DNA from: Microgenomates group bacterium RBG_16_45_19 | GTDB lineage: Bacteria; Patescibacteriota; Microgenomatia; UBA1400; RBG-16-45-19 | Assembly: GCA_001803415.1 (NCBI GenBank) | Contig: MHDC01000038.1 | Span: 1 to 57,625 of the forward strand | Reading direction: 5' to 3' | DNA: 57,625 bases | In this document: positions 42,453 through 51,938 of the stretch, piece after piece | How positions within the stretch are numbered: position 1 is the stretch's first letter | How the letters are laid out: the number at the start of each line of letters is the position of its first letter | The notes under the pieces: generated by a model | The model's database searches: none | The model's input: the letters and a program-made list of their open reading frames with translations, nothing else | Told to the model about the DNA's origin: nothing | Program-made: the position numbers and the translations under genes

Positions 42453-42713
42453 TTATCGCTTCCAACGCTTCAGGCTGGTTGACCAAGCCGAAATTAACCA
42501 CGGTAAGACTCCCATTAAAACGCCGGCCATCGGTTGATTAAGCTTGTCTTTAATCAGGTTTTGCATTTCGTCCAGACGTTTATCCATGGCGGCTTGCCAG
42601 GTTTTAACCTGCTTATACATGACCACCATCGAAATAGTCATCACCACCAAAAAAACAAACCAACTGAAAAAGAAGATCATCCCCCAAAAGTAAAACCAAT
42701 CTTGGACGCTCAT
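42453..42713 (-). CDS. Small membrane protein
   Basis: N-terminal TM helix; directly downstream of 42715-43194. Confidence 0.6.
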   Translation of the reverse strand: MSVQDWFYFWGMIFFFSWFVFLVVMTISMVVMYKQVKTWQAAMDKRLDEMQNLIKDKLNQPMAGVLMGVLPWLISAWSTSLKRWKR

Positions 42714-42714
42714 A

Positions 42715-43194
42715 TTAATTAGCCGTTTTCCGCGGTCGGCGTTTAGCCTTTGGTTTAACCGCTGGCGTGGTTAACAAGGCATAATCCTGCATCAGGTAGT
42801 CTTTCAGCATCCCCACTTGGGTCCCGGTGACCTTACCTGCCTGCTTCATGCCGGCAACCACTTCATTTACCAAGGTGGTATATTTGTCTCGATCAACTCT
42901 ACCCAAAGCCTTTTTGGCCGCTGCCACTTTCTCTTTAAGGATCTTAACGGCGTTGGTATAAATTTTTTGGATATTCGCCGGTACCGTTTCTGCCAGTTCC
43001 TGGACCGTTTCTGTCGCCCATTCCGCCCCCTCGGCCAATCTGGTTTTGGTAAACTTAATTCTTTTTTTAACTAGTGGTCGAGTCTCCCCCTTTTCATCGG
43101 TTCCAGCCAATAAAGCCAGGATGCCGCCGATGGTCGAACCCACCAGAAAAATAACCATACCGGAAAAAGGACCAGCGTAACGATTCTGATTCAT
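42715..43194 (-). CDS. YtxH-like protein
   Basis: FLVGSTIGGILALL..G.E.R N-terminus followed by a helical region; GAGGAG SD. Confidence 0.6.
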   Translation of the reverse strand: MNQNRYAGPFSGMVIFLVGSTIGGILALLAGTDEKGETRPLVKKRIKFTKTRLAEGAEWATETVQELAETVPANIQKIYTNAVKILKEKVAAAKKALGRVDRDKYTTLVNEVVAGMKQAGKVTGTQVGMLKDYLMQDYALLTTPAVKPKAKRRPRKTAN

Positions 43195-43461
43195 AGCTCT
43201 CCTCTCAATTTATTAATGATATTTTGCGAGATTATAGCACAGGATCGGTCAAAGTTCACTAACTCTCTTTGATTGTTATAGGATTTATTATTCTTTTAAG
43301 TCTGGTTGCCATATAAAAGTGGTACCATCAAAATCAAAATATATCATCATAGAATATCTGATAGATCAATCTATTATTCAAATAAAAAGTCTAGCACCAT
43401 CTTGAGCCAAGTGATAAAATCCCATAAGTAGGCAAAAATGTGCTCATGTTAGAATTAGGTC

Positions 43462-44001
43462 ATGACCCCCAAAACTATCAACGTGGCCGTCGGCTCGACC
43501 AATCCCGTCAAAATTAAAGCGGTTACCAGCGCCTTTTCGCGGGTTTGGCCCGAAGTTAAGCTGGCTGTCACCGGCGTTACCATCCCTTCAGGGGTCGCCG
43601 CTCAACCGCTTAGCGACGTTGTGGCTCTTCGCGGGGCAAAGATTCGGGCAAATAAAGCCATTAATAGCGGTCTTTATACTTATGGTGTCGGTATTGAAGG
43701 TGGTTTGCAATCAATCAATCAACGCTGGTTTGCCTGCGGTTGGGTGGCTGTGGTTAACCGTCAGGGTCAAGTCGGTTTAGGCTCTTCCGCCCGAATTATC
43801 GTCCCCCCGAAAATGATGACCTCGATATTAAAGGGTCAGGAGTTGGGCACTGTCGTCGATCATTTTTTTGAGACCCATAATGCCAAACAAACTGATGGTC
43901 ACTTTGGCTTCATGACCAACCAAGCTATCACCCGGACTTCGGGTTACATCGACGGGGTCATCATGGCCTTAGCTCGTTTTCTTCACCCAGACTTGTTTTA
44001 A
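43462..44001 (+). CDS. yjjX: Non-canonical purine NTP phosphatase (YjjX/PRRC1, ITP/XTP)
   Basis: VGSTNPVKI.AV, SGV..QP, GA..RA, GVGIEGG, G.ELG. Confidence 0.88.
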   Translation: MTPKTINVAVGSTNPVKIKAVTSAFSRVWPEVKLAVTGVTIPSGVAAQPLSDVVALRGAKIRANKAINSGLYTYGVGIEGGLQSINQRWFACGWVAVVNRQGQVGLGSSARIIVPPKMMTSILKGQELGTVVDHFFETHNAKQTDGHFGFMTNQAITRTSGYIDGVIMALARFLHPDLF

Positions 44002-44049
44002 ACTGTTGCTTCTTGCTTCCAAGCTTGTTATACCAGTATTAAGGTATCT

Positions 44050-44649
44050 ATGGCTAATCCGGTCAGCGAGGCAATCAATCGCCACTATCTCCAAGTTCAG
44101 GCTTTAACCCCTGCCTCGGCTCAAACCACTTTCGGTTCCGCTACCTCAACCCCGTCCATTGATTGGTTTTCTCTGGCTACGCCGGCCTTTATCGTCTTTA
44201 CGGCTTTGTTAATTGTGGGCATTATTGGCTTACTTCTGACTCACACCAAAAATATCAACAAACTCCTAGTGGTCATCAGCATCGCCTTTCTCACCAGTTT
44301 AGTTCCGGTCAGTCTCAATTTAGTCAATCAGCAAGCTAGCTTAGTCACTAAGGCTGGTGCCGGTGATGTTCCCACCCAAGTCTTAGTTGATCAAGTCACC
44401 CCCACTGGTTTTGACGTTTCCTGGCAAACTGATAATCCCTCTGTCGGTGCCATTCGTCTCCGGGAGCCGGGTCAACCTCCCGAATATAATCGGATTATTG
44501 CCGAGGATCAGGAGACCGGCATTTATACCCATATTATCCGCGTTACTGATCTTCGGGCCGCTACCACTTACGCTTTTGAGGTGCTTTCCGGTGGCAATTG
44601 GTACAACGATCAAGGCCAACCATTATTGGTCACCACTCGGTCACCTTAA
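44050..44649 (+). CDS. Two-TM protein with C-terminal fibronectin-III-like domain
   Basis: VTPTGFDVSWQTD...H.IRVTDL...TTY.FEV pattern. Confidence 0.65.
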   Translation: MANPVSEAINRHYLQVQALTPASAQTTFGSATSTPSIDWFSLATPAFIVFTALLIVGIIGLLLTHTKNINKLLVVISIAFLTSLVPVSLNLVNQQASLVTKAGAGDVPTQVLVDQVTPTGFDVSWQTDNPSVGAIRLREPGQPPEYNRIIAEDQETGIYTHIIRVTDLRAATTYAFEVLSGGNWYNDQGQPLLVTTRSP

Positions 44650-44653
44650 GGTT

Positions 44654-46228
44654 TTATTCCAAATTATTCGCCAGCGTGATCAAGTCGTTTAACGAGGCTT
44701 TGGTCGAACTGATAAAGATCAAAACATTAACTCTGGTCGTATACATCACCGCTCTTAAAGCCCCCTTAGAATTAATTGTTTCCAGGGTATAAGCGGTGTC
44801 TTGGGTCGCTCCCGGCACTAACACTGCCGCCGGCGACGCCATCCCAGTCAGCAAGCCTGAGGCAAACTGGGCCGTGGCGAAGCCTGGGGGCACGTCTACC
44901 TGGCGTAAAATGATCGGCGATGGTCCACCCCTCTGGCTTTGCTGCCCTAAGGGATAATCAAAGGTGACTTGCACAAAATCAGTCCGGCCGTTGAGCATGC
45001 CTTCACCTTGATTGATCCGGTACTGGGTTTTATAAGTCCGGCCACCCGGAATAGCTTTGGGTTTATATAAATTGAAACTGACTTGTTCCTCCACCGCCGA
45101 AAAAGCGTAATTGTCGCTAAAAGCAAAAGCGTAGGCGCCCCCGAGTAAACCGCCGATAATGAAAATGCTAAAAAAGGTAAACAAACTCACCATCGCTTTA
45201 CTGTTCCGGTTATTATAGCTGCCGGTTGACCTAAACCAAGAAAAACAGACTGCGGTTAAGATCGCTAACGCCAAAAACGCGTATTGGTAAACAAAAATTC
45301 CTTTTATTAAAAAATTAATCAAGTTAGCTGGTAGGTTGAGGTTAGCGGTCGCGAGGTTGGTTAATGGCTCCAGTTGAACCGACATTAACCGGCGGGTCAT
45401 CCCGACCATGATTGGAGCGCCTAAGGCCACCATCACTCCCAACACCCAGCCGGTTCTGGAGCTTTCTTTCAGGTAAACACTCGCCCAAAAAGAGGCAATC
45501 GCCGCCAACAGTAACATCAACGGTAACGCTCCCAAAAGCGGTGCTTCCTTTAAAAAGGCAAAAGCTAAGGCTTGACCTTCTAGCAAGAACCGGTTGAACT
45601 GATAGCCAATCAAGAGCAATCCCAAGCTGATCAATAAATAGAATCCCCCCATCAGTAAATAAATCAGACTTAAGCCTCTGGCTAATACCGGTGCCGTTTC
45701 CTGGGCGGAGATGATTGTCCCGCCCATCGTTTGCGGTGGTGGGATGACCGCGGCTGCCGGCGGGACGGTCATGACCGGTTTTAACGGTGGTTTGACCGTC
45801 GTTGGCACCGCGGTTACCTGAGTCGGTGCCGGTTTATAAATGTTTACCACTACCGGTTGGGGGGCAATGAGCGGTGCCGTTTCGGTGGCTGGTTTAACTG
45901 GATAATAAATTCCCGGAAGATTAGGAGTCGTGGTAAATTGACCCGCGATCTTAGTCGGTGTTGTGGCTGCTTCCAGGGGTGGGGGGGATGCCTGGTTCTG
46001 CACCACTTGGGGGTATTCGACTGGTTTTATGGGCGCCGATGGGGTTAACCACGCCGGTACCGCTGCTGGCGGCTGGTTACTGATCGGTTCATACAAACTC
46101 GCCAATTGAGGCAAACCGGCTGCCGGGGCGGGGTTGATGGGCTCTTCGTACTCTAACCCCAATTCTGGGGCCGGAGGCAGACCAAAACCACCCACCGCTG
46201 GCTTAACTGCCTGGGCAGGGTCATTCAT
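44654..46228 (-). CDS. Pro-rich N-terminal, multi-TM hypothetical protein
   Basis: About 180 aa Pro/Ala-rich region, about 5 TM helices, soluble C-terminal domain; ATG 46228. Confidence 0.7.
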   Translation of the reverse strand: MNDPAQAVKPAVGGFGLPPAPELGLEYEEPINPAPAAGLPQLASLYEPISNQPPAAVPAWLTPSAPIKPVEYPQVVQNQASPPPLEAATTPTKIAGQFTTTPNLPGIYYPVKPATETAPLIAPQPVVVNIYKPAPTQVTAVPTTVKPPLKPVMTVPPAAAVIPPPQTMGGTIISAQETAPVLARGLSLIYLLMGGFYLLISLGLLLIGYQFNRFLLEGQALAFAFLKEAPLLGALPLMLLLAAIASFWASVYLKESSRTGWVLGVMVALGAPIMVGMTRRLMSVQLEPLTNLATANLNLPANLINFLIKGIFVYQYAFLALAILTAVCFSWFRSTGSYNNRNSKAMVSLFTFFSIFIIGGLLGGAYAFAFSDNYAFSAVEEQVSFNLYKPKAIPGGRTYKTQYRINQGEGMLNGRTDFVQVTFDYPLGQQSQRGGPSPIILRQVDVPPGFATAQFASGLLTGMASPAAVLVPGATQDTAYTLETINSKGALRAVMYTTRVNVLIFISSTKASLNDLITLANNLE

Positions 46229-46279
46229 ACCCTTAAGTATACCCAACTCCAAGTTAAAGTTTACCGTTAAATTTTTTCA

Positions 46280-46308
46280 TTGACATATCCGTTACAATAA
46301 AATAAGCT
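46280..46308 (+). promoter_or_regulatory. sigma70-type promoter for the 46351-hpt unit
   Basis: TTGACA-N17-TAAGCT; GGAGG SD before 46351. Confidence 0.5.
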
Positions 46309-46350
46309 TTCCTGTCCAAGTGTGATCACCTGTCGTTAATTAGGAGGCCT

Positions 46351-46842
46351 ATGCTCTTCGCTTTGATTATTTATCTTCTCTCTCAGTTATCTCCTTACCC
46401 TTCTGCTTCGGTGGCCCCCGTTATTTACCCACTACCGCCGGCCAAATCGGCGCCTCTGGGCGCCGCCCAAGCTACCCCGACTTTAAAGCCTCCGGCTTCA
46501 CCTTTAAATCCAGAGACTCCCCCTAAAGCTCAGGCCGAAAATTTGGCCAGTGGCCAGGTGATCAAGTCGGTGCCAGAAGTGGCCATCAGCCGGTCGCCAG
46601 TGCTGATTCCCTGCCTAATTGATTTACGTAATTGTGAACCCACCGGTAAACCTAAACCGACTCCAACCCCTTTGCCTAAAGTCGAGCCGACCGCCCGCCC
46701 GCTACCGAGGCTGACCCTGAAACCGGAACCGTTACCAATTGAGCCCATTTCCCCTCTTCCCACCGGCTGCCCTCGTCCGGTAAATTATAAATTAGATCAA
46801 CCAGATATCTATATACCTGAGTGTCCCCTGGAATCTATCTAA
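46351..46842 (+). CDS. Pro-rich secreted hypothetical protein
   Basis: Signal-like N-terminus, low-complexity Pro-rich body, good SD. Confidence 0.6.
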   Translation: MLFALIIYLLSQLSPYPSASVAPVIYPLPPAKSAPLGAAQATPTLKPPASPLNPETPPKAQAENLASGQVIKSVPEVAISRSPVLIPCLIDLRNCEPTGKPKPTPTPLPKVEPTARPLPRLTLKPEPLPIEPISPLPTGCPRPVNYKLDQPDIYIPECPLESI

Positions 46843-46845
46843 TCC

Positions 46846-47361
46846 ATGCCCGTTCGTCAACTCTACTCACCCCCCCAAATTCAACGCAGCATTAACCGCT
46901 TGGCTAAACAAATCGCCGCCGATTATCGGGGTAAACCGCTGATTTTAATCGGTATTCTCCGTGGTGGCTTCATTGTCTTGGCTGACTTAGTTCGGGCTTT
47001 ATGGTTGGCCGGTCATCATGATTTAGATATCGATTTTATTACTACTAGTAGTTATTTAGAGAGTAATATTTCGGCTCAAGTACCACCCAAGATTATCGTT
47101 GATTTAAACCGGAGTCTGGCTGGTCAGCATGTTTTGATTGTTGAAGATATCTGTGATACTGGCCTGACTCTTAACTTAGTCCAAAAGCAGCTTCGGGCGG
47201 CCGGACCCAAATCCTTAAAAACCTTCACCTTTCTTGATAAACCCTCCCGACGTCAAGTCCCGGTTAAACTTGATTATATTGGCTTTACCGTCAACGGTTG
47301 GATCGAGGGTTATGGCCTGGATGCTGATCGGGCTTGTCCCTCAGTTGTGGTCAAAACCTAA
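46846..47361 (+). CDS. hpt: Hypoxanthine phosphoribosyltransferase
   Basis: GILRGG, VLIVEDICDTGLTL PRPP motif, LDKPSRR, GYGLD. Confidence 0.92.
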   Translation: MPVRQLYSPPQIQRSINRLAKQIAADYRGKPLILIGILRGGFIVLADLVRALWLAGHHDLDIDFITTSSYLESNISAQVPPKIIVDLNRSLAGQHVLIVEDICDTGLTLNLVQKQLRAAGPKSLKTFTFLDKPSRRQVPVKLDYIGFTVNGWIEGYGLDADRACPSVVVKT

Positions 47362-47362
47362 A

Positions 47363-47890
47363 TTACCGGATAAATAGGAATGCTGCGGTTTGATTAACGA
47401 TCTCCCCGCAACCATAAGTCCACTCGGCCAGTAGATTGTCTCGGTGTCCGCCACTCTCAATCCAAGCTTGGACTACGGCCGCCGTGGATACATCCGTCCC
47501 CCACCATAAATTTTCGGCGCTGGCTGAATGAGGCATCGCTTTAATTGCCTCCAGGTAACCGCTATGGTCTAAATTCCGGCCGACTGCTGCCGCCCGCCCT
47601 CTTGCTGCCTCACATAAAGCCGTCAATGGCTTTAACTCTGATTTGCCCTGTTGTCTTCGGTAATCATTCACCGCCGCTAGTAAGGGGGGAGTTGGCCGCT
47701 CCATCTGTCTCGCCGGTGGTCCGGTTGGTATTGGCGTCGGTGCTTCTGGTCTGGCTATGAGTGAGCTGATCGTGGCTTCAGGCTTATGCTGATAGTAGAC
47801 ATCACTGTAATTGGTTACTTTTGGCCAACTGGTAATAGTCATCATCCCCAAACTTAATTTCACCATGACCTCGGTCCATTGGTTTATCAT
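47363..47890 (-). CDS. CAP (SCP) domain protein
   Basis: VNDYRRQQG..L, H, AENL, W..SGGHRDNLL. Confidence 0.85.
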   Translation of the reverse strand: MINQWTEVMVKLSLGMMTITSWPKVTNYSDVYYQHKPEATISSLIARPEAPTPIPTGPPARQMERPTPPLLAAVNDYRRQQGKSELKPLTALCEAARGRAAAVGRNLDHSGYLEAIKAMPHSASAENLWWGTDVSTAAVVQAWIESGGHRDNLLAEWTYGCGEIVNQTAAFLFIR

Positions 47891-48000
47891 TCAATAAATT
47901 AAATAATTAAACAATACTTTAAAATAACCACACATCCACCCAAAATTCAACCGCATTTACCTATACCCTCAAGATACTTTTCTTAAGTTATAATACGCAC

Positions 48001-48453
48001 ATGAAACCCATCAAATCACTTATCCAAACCTACCCTTATCGGACTGTCGCTTTGATTCAGTCACTGATCGCTACCGTCGGTAGTTTATTCCTTAGCCAAG
48101 TTTGGCTCTTAGTCCCCTGTGAACTGTGTTGGTTTCAACGGATCTTTATGTATCCCCTACCATTTATTCTGGGGATCGGTTTGATCAGACGGGAAACTAA
48201 ACTTTATCAATATGTCTTACCCCTCAGTTTGATTGGTCTAACCATCGCCGCCTACCATACCTATCTCTACTATTACGCTAACTATTCTCTCAACGGTGCC
48301 AACGAGACCGTCATGATCGCTTGCAGCGGTGGTGTCTCCTGTACTAATCAACTGATTGAATGGTTTGGGTTTATTACCGTCCCCTTGCTCTCATTTCTTG
48401 CCTTCTCAGTTATCACCCTAGCCATGCTCAAGGAACGCCACGACTCCATCTAA
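48001..48453 (+). CDS. dsbB: Disulfide bond formation protein DsbB/BdbC
   Basis: PCELCWFQRIFMYPL, second Cys pair CSGGVSC, FGFITVP. Confidence 0.92.
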   Translation: MKPIKSLIQTYPYRTVALIQSLIATVGSLFLSQVWLLVPCELCWFQRIFMYPLPFILGIGLIRRETKLYQYVLPLSLIGLTIAAYHTYLYYYANYSLNGANETVMIACSGGVSCTNQLIEWFGFITVPLLSFLAFSVITLAMLKERHDSI

Positions 48454-48470
48454 TCAATAGCTTTCCCTTG

Positions 48471-48571
48471 GTCGCAATTACTGAACGAAGCTCGAACCTT
48501 TATTGAACGAAACTCCGACTGATTGCCGCGCTTTGCGCGGCATAAACTGAACGCTCAGGCGGGCTAAAAGG
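48471..48571 (+). repeat. 101-bp inverted repeat, left copy (att-like arm + GC hairpins)
   Basis: Reverse complement of 53326-53426 with 2 mismatches by manual alignment. Confidence 0.95.
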
Positions 48572-49602
48572 TAAGATAATAATGATTCAGCTCCTTGGTT
48601 TAGGTTGATTCCTTTTTCCTCTAATCCGTCATATACTCCACCTGTATTCTGATCAACCATTCTAGCCCCCAAAATATTTCTCCCATGATACCAATCGAGA
48701 GCTTTTTGGGCCCAATCTAAATATTTTTTTTCTTTGGTAACCGAAAACGCTTCGGTGCAGGCTTCCACCACTGAACCCGCCTCAATCGGTTGTTGCACGA
48801 AAAGAGCTTTTTTGCCGTTTTTTTCAAACCACCCTCGATAACCCGGAAAAGAAAAACAGTCTAATTTTTTGTCATAAATCTGTTCCAGTAATAAATCTAA
48901 AGATTCCTTAGCGATATTCAAATATTTTATATTGCCAAAAACTGAGTAAGCCCAAAACAAAGCCCATGGCAATCTCCCAATATCATATGTAATCTTATCC
49001 TCAAACCATCTCCACGAAATGTCAGAGTTTTTTTCGTAGCTGGTTATTAATTCATCAGATAATATTATTGCCATTTTTTTAAAGTCATATTTACTCATCT
49101 GTCCAATTTTTTTTTTGGAGATTTTAACCTTTATATAATTTTCTAACACCGATCCCAGTTTGGAGCTACACTGATCTCTCACCAATAGACCGTAAATCAA
49201 CCATGCCTTGCTCCTAAGGGATTCTACCTTTTCGATATATTTTACGTACTGATCAAATAAGAACATGCCTGTCAGTTTCTGGTCATCCCTTAACCCCAGT
49301 TTTATAGTATCCGCTAATCCCGCCATTGCCCGGCCAAAATTTTCTCCAATGGACTCATTTTCCCAAACCAAATTCTGATTCAGATCATTCTTATAACTAT
49401 ATTTCCCAGCAGCCGATACTAAAAATTTCAAGTAAATATCAACCAATTTTTCCTCTTTCAATCGAAGTGCCACCTGTAAAGCTCGCGCATTATCATCCAC
49501 GCAGTACCCCTCCCGCAAATCTGGCGTAGCTATCAAACAATGCTCTGCTATCCCGACCATGTCCGTCATCCGATAAAGGTGATCAAGCTTTGGTTTATTC
49601 AT
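48478..49602 (-). CDS. Six-hairpin glycosidase-like protein (the domain often fused to GT4 enzymes); C-terminal tail derived from the repeat
   Basis: GYCVDDNARAL, W.WFED..TYD, QQPIEA, GGVYDGL, NQGAES. Confidence 0.8.
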   Translation of the reverse strand: MNKPKLDHLYRMTDMVGIAEHCLIATPDLREGYCVDDNARALQVALRLKEEKLVDIYLKFLVSAAGKYSYKNDLNQNLVWENESIGENFGRAMAGLADTIKLGLRDDQKLTGMFLFDQYVKYIEKVESLRSKAWLIYGLLVRDQCSSKLGSVLENYIKVKISKKKIGQMSKYDFKKMAIILSDELITSYEKNSDISWRWFEDKITYDIGRLPWALFWAYSVFGNIKYLNIAKESLDLLLEQIYDKKLDCFSFPGYRGWFEKNGKKALFVQQPIEAGSVVEACTEAFSVTKEKKYLDWAQKALDWYHGRNILGARMVDQNTGGVYDGLEEKGINLNQGAESLLSYLLARLSVQFMPRKARQSVGVSFNKGSSFVQ

Positions 49603-50626
49603 GTTTTTCCTTTGCCTTCAAAATTTCTTGATATACTTTTTCATAATTATCTACCATTCGTTCCACCGTAAAGTTTTTATCTACTCTTTCCCTACAATTT
49701 TTCCTGGAAATTAGGTCAATATTTTTCATAGCCCGTTCTGCTTCTTTGAGATTTTTAACAACAAAGCCCGTTTTTCGATCGTCAATTACTTCAGGAATAG
49801 ACCCCAATTCCATTCCGATAACGGGTGTCCCAGTTACCATCGCCTCAATGAGAGTTAAGCCAAATCCTTCGGGGTAGGTGTTTAAATGAAGAAAGCCATA
49901 AGCGTTTTTCAACAGAGCTTTCTTGTCTTCCTCGTCGACTAATCCTACATATTGGATTTTAGAATTTAGATGAGGTTTGATTTCTTTTTCAAAGTATTCT
50001 TTATTTTCTGAAGCGATAAGGCCGGCAATTTTTAGGTTAGCGTTTAGTTTTTTTACCAACTTTATCGCATTATGGACACCTTTATCCGGAGATATTCGAC
50101 CGATAAAACAAAAATAATTATCTGGCTTACCGTTATACGGGTACTCGTTTACCGGAATACCGTGATAAATATTGGCTATATAATTTAAATCCGGTGCGTG
50201 TTTTCGATCGGCATAGCTTATTGAAACATAATGGGTATTTGAATATTTTTTGTAAATTTGGATAACTTGCGGAGAGGAAAAACCGTGGATGGTAGTAACA
50301 ACGGGGGTTTTAACCAGTTTTGAGAAAACAAGCGGGTAAGCATCGTAGTGATTATGGATAATATCGTATTGATCTGAGTCTTCAAAAACCGAAGCCGTAT
50401 GAAGGTATTGATAAACTCTTGGTTCTAAACCGGAGTTTTCCATTATCGGTTTAGGACAGACCCATTTTAACCGGGCAGTAGTTACCGAATCTCCTGTTGC
50501 GTAAAGAGTTACTGTATGGCCGAGTTTCACCATTCCTTCTGCGATACGACTGGCAATTAATTCCCACGGGCCGTATGTAGTCGGAGGAGTTCTCCAATGA
50601 ATTGATGAAAGAATAGCAATTTTCAT
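49595..50626 (-). CDS. Glycosyltransferase family 4
   Basis: PP..YGPWE, GRISPDKG, EGFGLTLIEAM..GTPVI. Confidence 0.93.
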   Translation of the reverse strand: MKIAILSSIHWRTPPTTYGPWELIASRIAEGMVKLGHTVTLYATGDSVTTARLKWVCPKPIMENSGLEPRVYQYLHTASVFEDSDQYDIIHNHYDAYPLVFSKLVKTPVVTTIHGFSSPQVIQIYKKYSNTHYVSISYADRKHAPDLNYIANIYHGIPVNEYPYNGKPDNYFCFIGRISPDKGVHNAIKLVKKLNANLKIAGLIASENKEYFEKEIKPHLNSKIQYVGLVDEEDKKALLKNAYGFLHLNTYPEGFGLTLIEAMVTGTPVIGMELGSIPEVIDDRKTGFVVKNLKEAERAMKNIDLISRKNCRERVDKNFTVERMVDNYEKVYQEILKAKEKHE

Positions 50627-50631
50627 TACGT

Positions 50632-51819
50632 TTATTTTTTTAAAATAGTAATTGTTTTAAAAAGATCGAGGTATCGAAGTCCTATATTTGACCAGGTCAT
50701 TAACCTTCCGTAATCGTACGCTTTTTGGCTAATTTTTTCTTTTTTATCCTGATTTTCCCACAATTCTATTACCGCAGAAGCAATCGAGTCAGCGTCCTGA
50801 AAAGGAACAAGAATACCTCTGGTATTGTTTAGAACCTCCTTCGCATATAAATATGGGGTGGAAATACAACATTTTCCTGCGCCTAGGGCATAAGCAAGCG
50901 CTCCGGAGGCAGCTTGTTGGGGATCAAGATACGGGGAGACATAAAAATCAATGGTTTTTAACCAATCGATTAATTCGTCAAGCGAAAGATATTTGTTAAC
51001 AAATTTGACATTCTTTTCTATTTTTAGTCTTTTTATTTCCTTTTCAAGAAAATTGCGGTATTCTTCGCCGTTAGTTTGTAAAAATACCGGGTGTGTTTGT
51101 CCGATTACTAGATATAAAACATTTGGATAAATTTTGGCGATAGTAGCCACGGCATCTAAAGCATACTCAATTCCTCTCGTTGGAGTTAATAGATTAATAT
51201 TACCAAGAATTATCTTTCCGGTAAGTTGTTTTTTCTCCTTATATGTATCTGTCGGAGCAAATGTAAAATCGGGCGTTCCGTGCGGGATGACTATAATTTT
51301 TTCTCTAGAGGCGCTATATGTATTGACCAATTTCTCCTTAATTTTTTCCATCATAACAACGACAGCATCCGATTTTTTAATTAACCTTTTTAAAATTGCT
51401 CCTTCCCGACTGTTTGGATCATCTAGTACGGTGTGGAGGGTAGTTACTAGCGGTTTTTTTAGCGATTCTACAAAAGGAATAATATATTCACCACATTGAC
51501 TGCCGTACAAGCCATATTCGTGTTGGAGTGAGATAATATCAGTACTCGATTGATTAATGTAGTTAGCTGCTTCAAGATAAGTATGTAACTCCTCTTGTTT
51601 AATTTTGTATTTTACTTCCCACGGGTAATTTATACGCTCTTTTGGCCTTGTGGTGGCCATAATTTCTGCCAAATTATGAGGATTAAGTAAGTTGATCGCG
51701 TTAGTTAAATCTTTTGTATAAGTGGCAATACCACACTTACGGGGTATGTATGAAGAAAGGTAAATAACCCTAATTTCTTTAGACTTTGAAGTTAAAAGTT
51801 TTTCTAAGTTTTTTGTTAT
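50632..51819 (-). CDS. Glycosyltransferase family 4; conserved N-terminus lacks a canonical start (ATA at 51819)
   Basis: Frame is open upstream of the ORF-track start and encodes LSSYIPRKCGIATYT; QHEYGLYG, IPHG, GQTHP, SGALAYA.G, STPY. Confidence 0.85.
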   Translation of the reverse strand: MTKNLEKLLTSKSKEIRVIYLSSYIPRKCGIATYTKDLTNAINLLNPHNLAEIMATTRPKERINYPWEVKYKIKQEELHTYLEAANYINQSSTDIISLQHEYGLYGSQCGEYIIPFVESLKKPLVTTLHTVLDDPNSREGAILKRLIKKSDAVVVMMEKIKEKLVNTYSASREKIIVIPHGTPDFTFAPTDTYKEKKQLTGKIILGNINLLTPTRGIEYALDAVATIAKIYPNVLYLVIGQTHPVFLQTNGEEYRNFLEKEIKRLKIEKNVKFVNKYLSLDELIDWLKTIDFYVSPYLDPQQAASGALAYALGAGKCCISTPYLYAKEVLNNTRGILVPFQDADSIASAVIELWENQDKKEKISQKAYDYGRLMTWSNIGLRYLDLFKTITILKK

Positions 51820-51938
51820 ACTTGAGATCCTTCCTTTACTTGCGTTTCATCTCGTTGAGAAATCAGCCCATAATATACCACTAATCTTCCATTTTGTACA
51901 ATTGTGCCGGTTGGAAAAACTACATTGTTTGTTTGTCC
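51816..51938 (-). pseudogene. C-terminal fragment of a second GH130 gene
   Basis: Manual translation GQTNNVVFPTGTIVQNGRLVVYYG matches the adjacent GH130 GVTNNVVFPTGAVVRDKRLYIYYG. Confidence 0.8.

Noticed and set aside
43200-43460. AT-rich intergenic region as possible insertion or sRNA
   Set aside because: No repeats, stable structure or ORF; consistent with divergent promoter DNA
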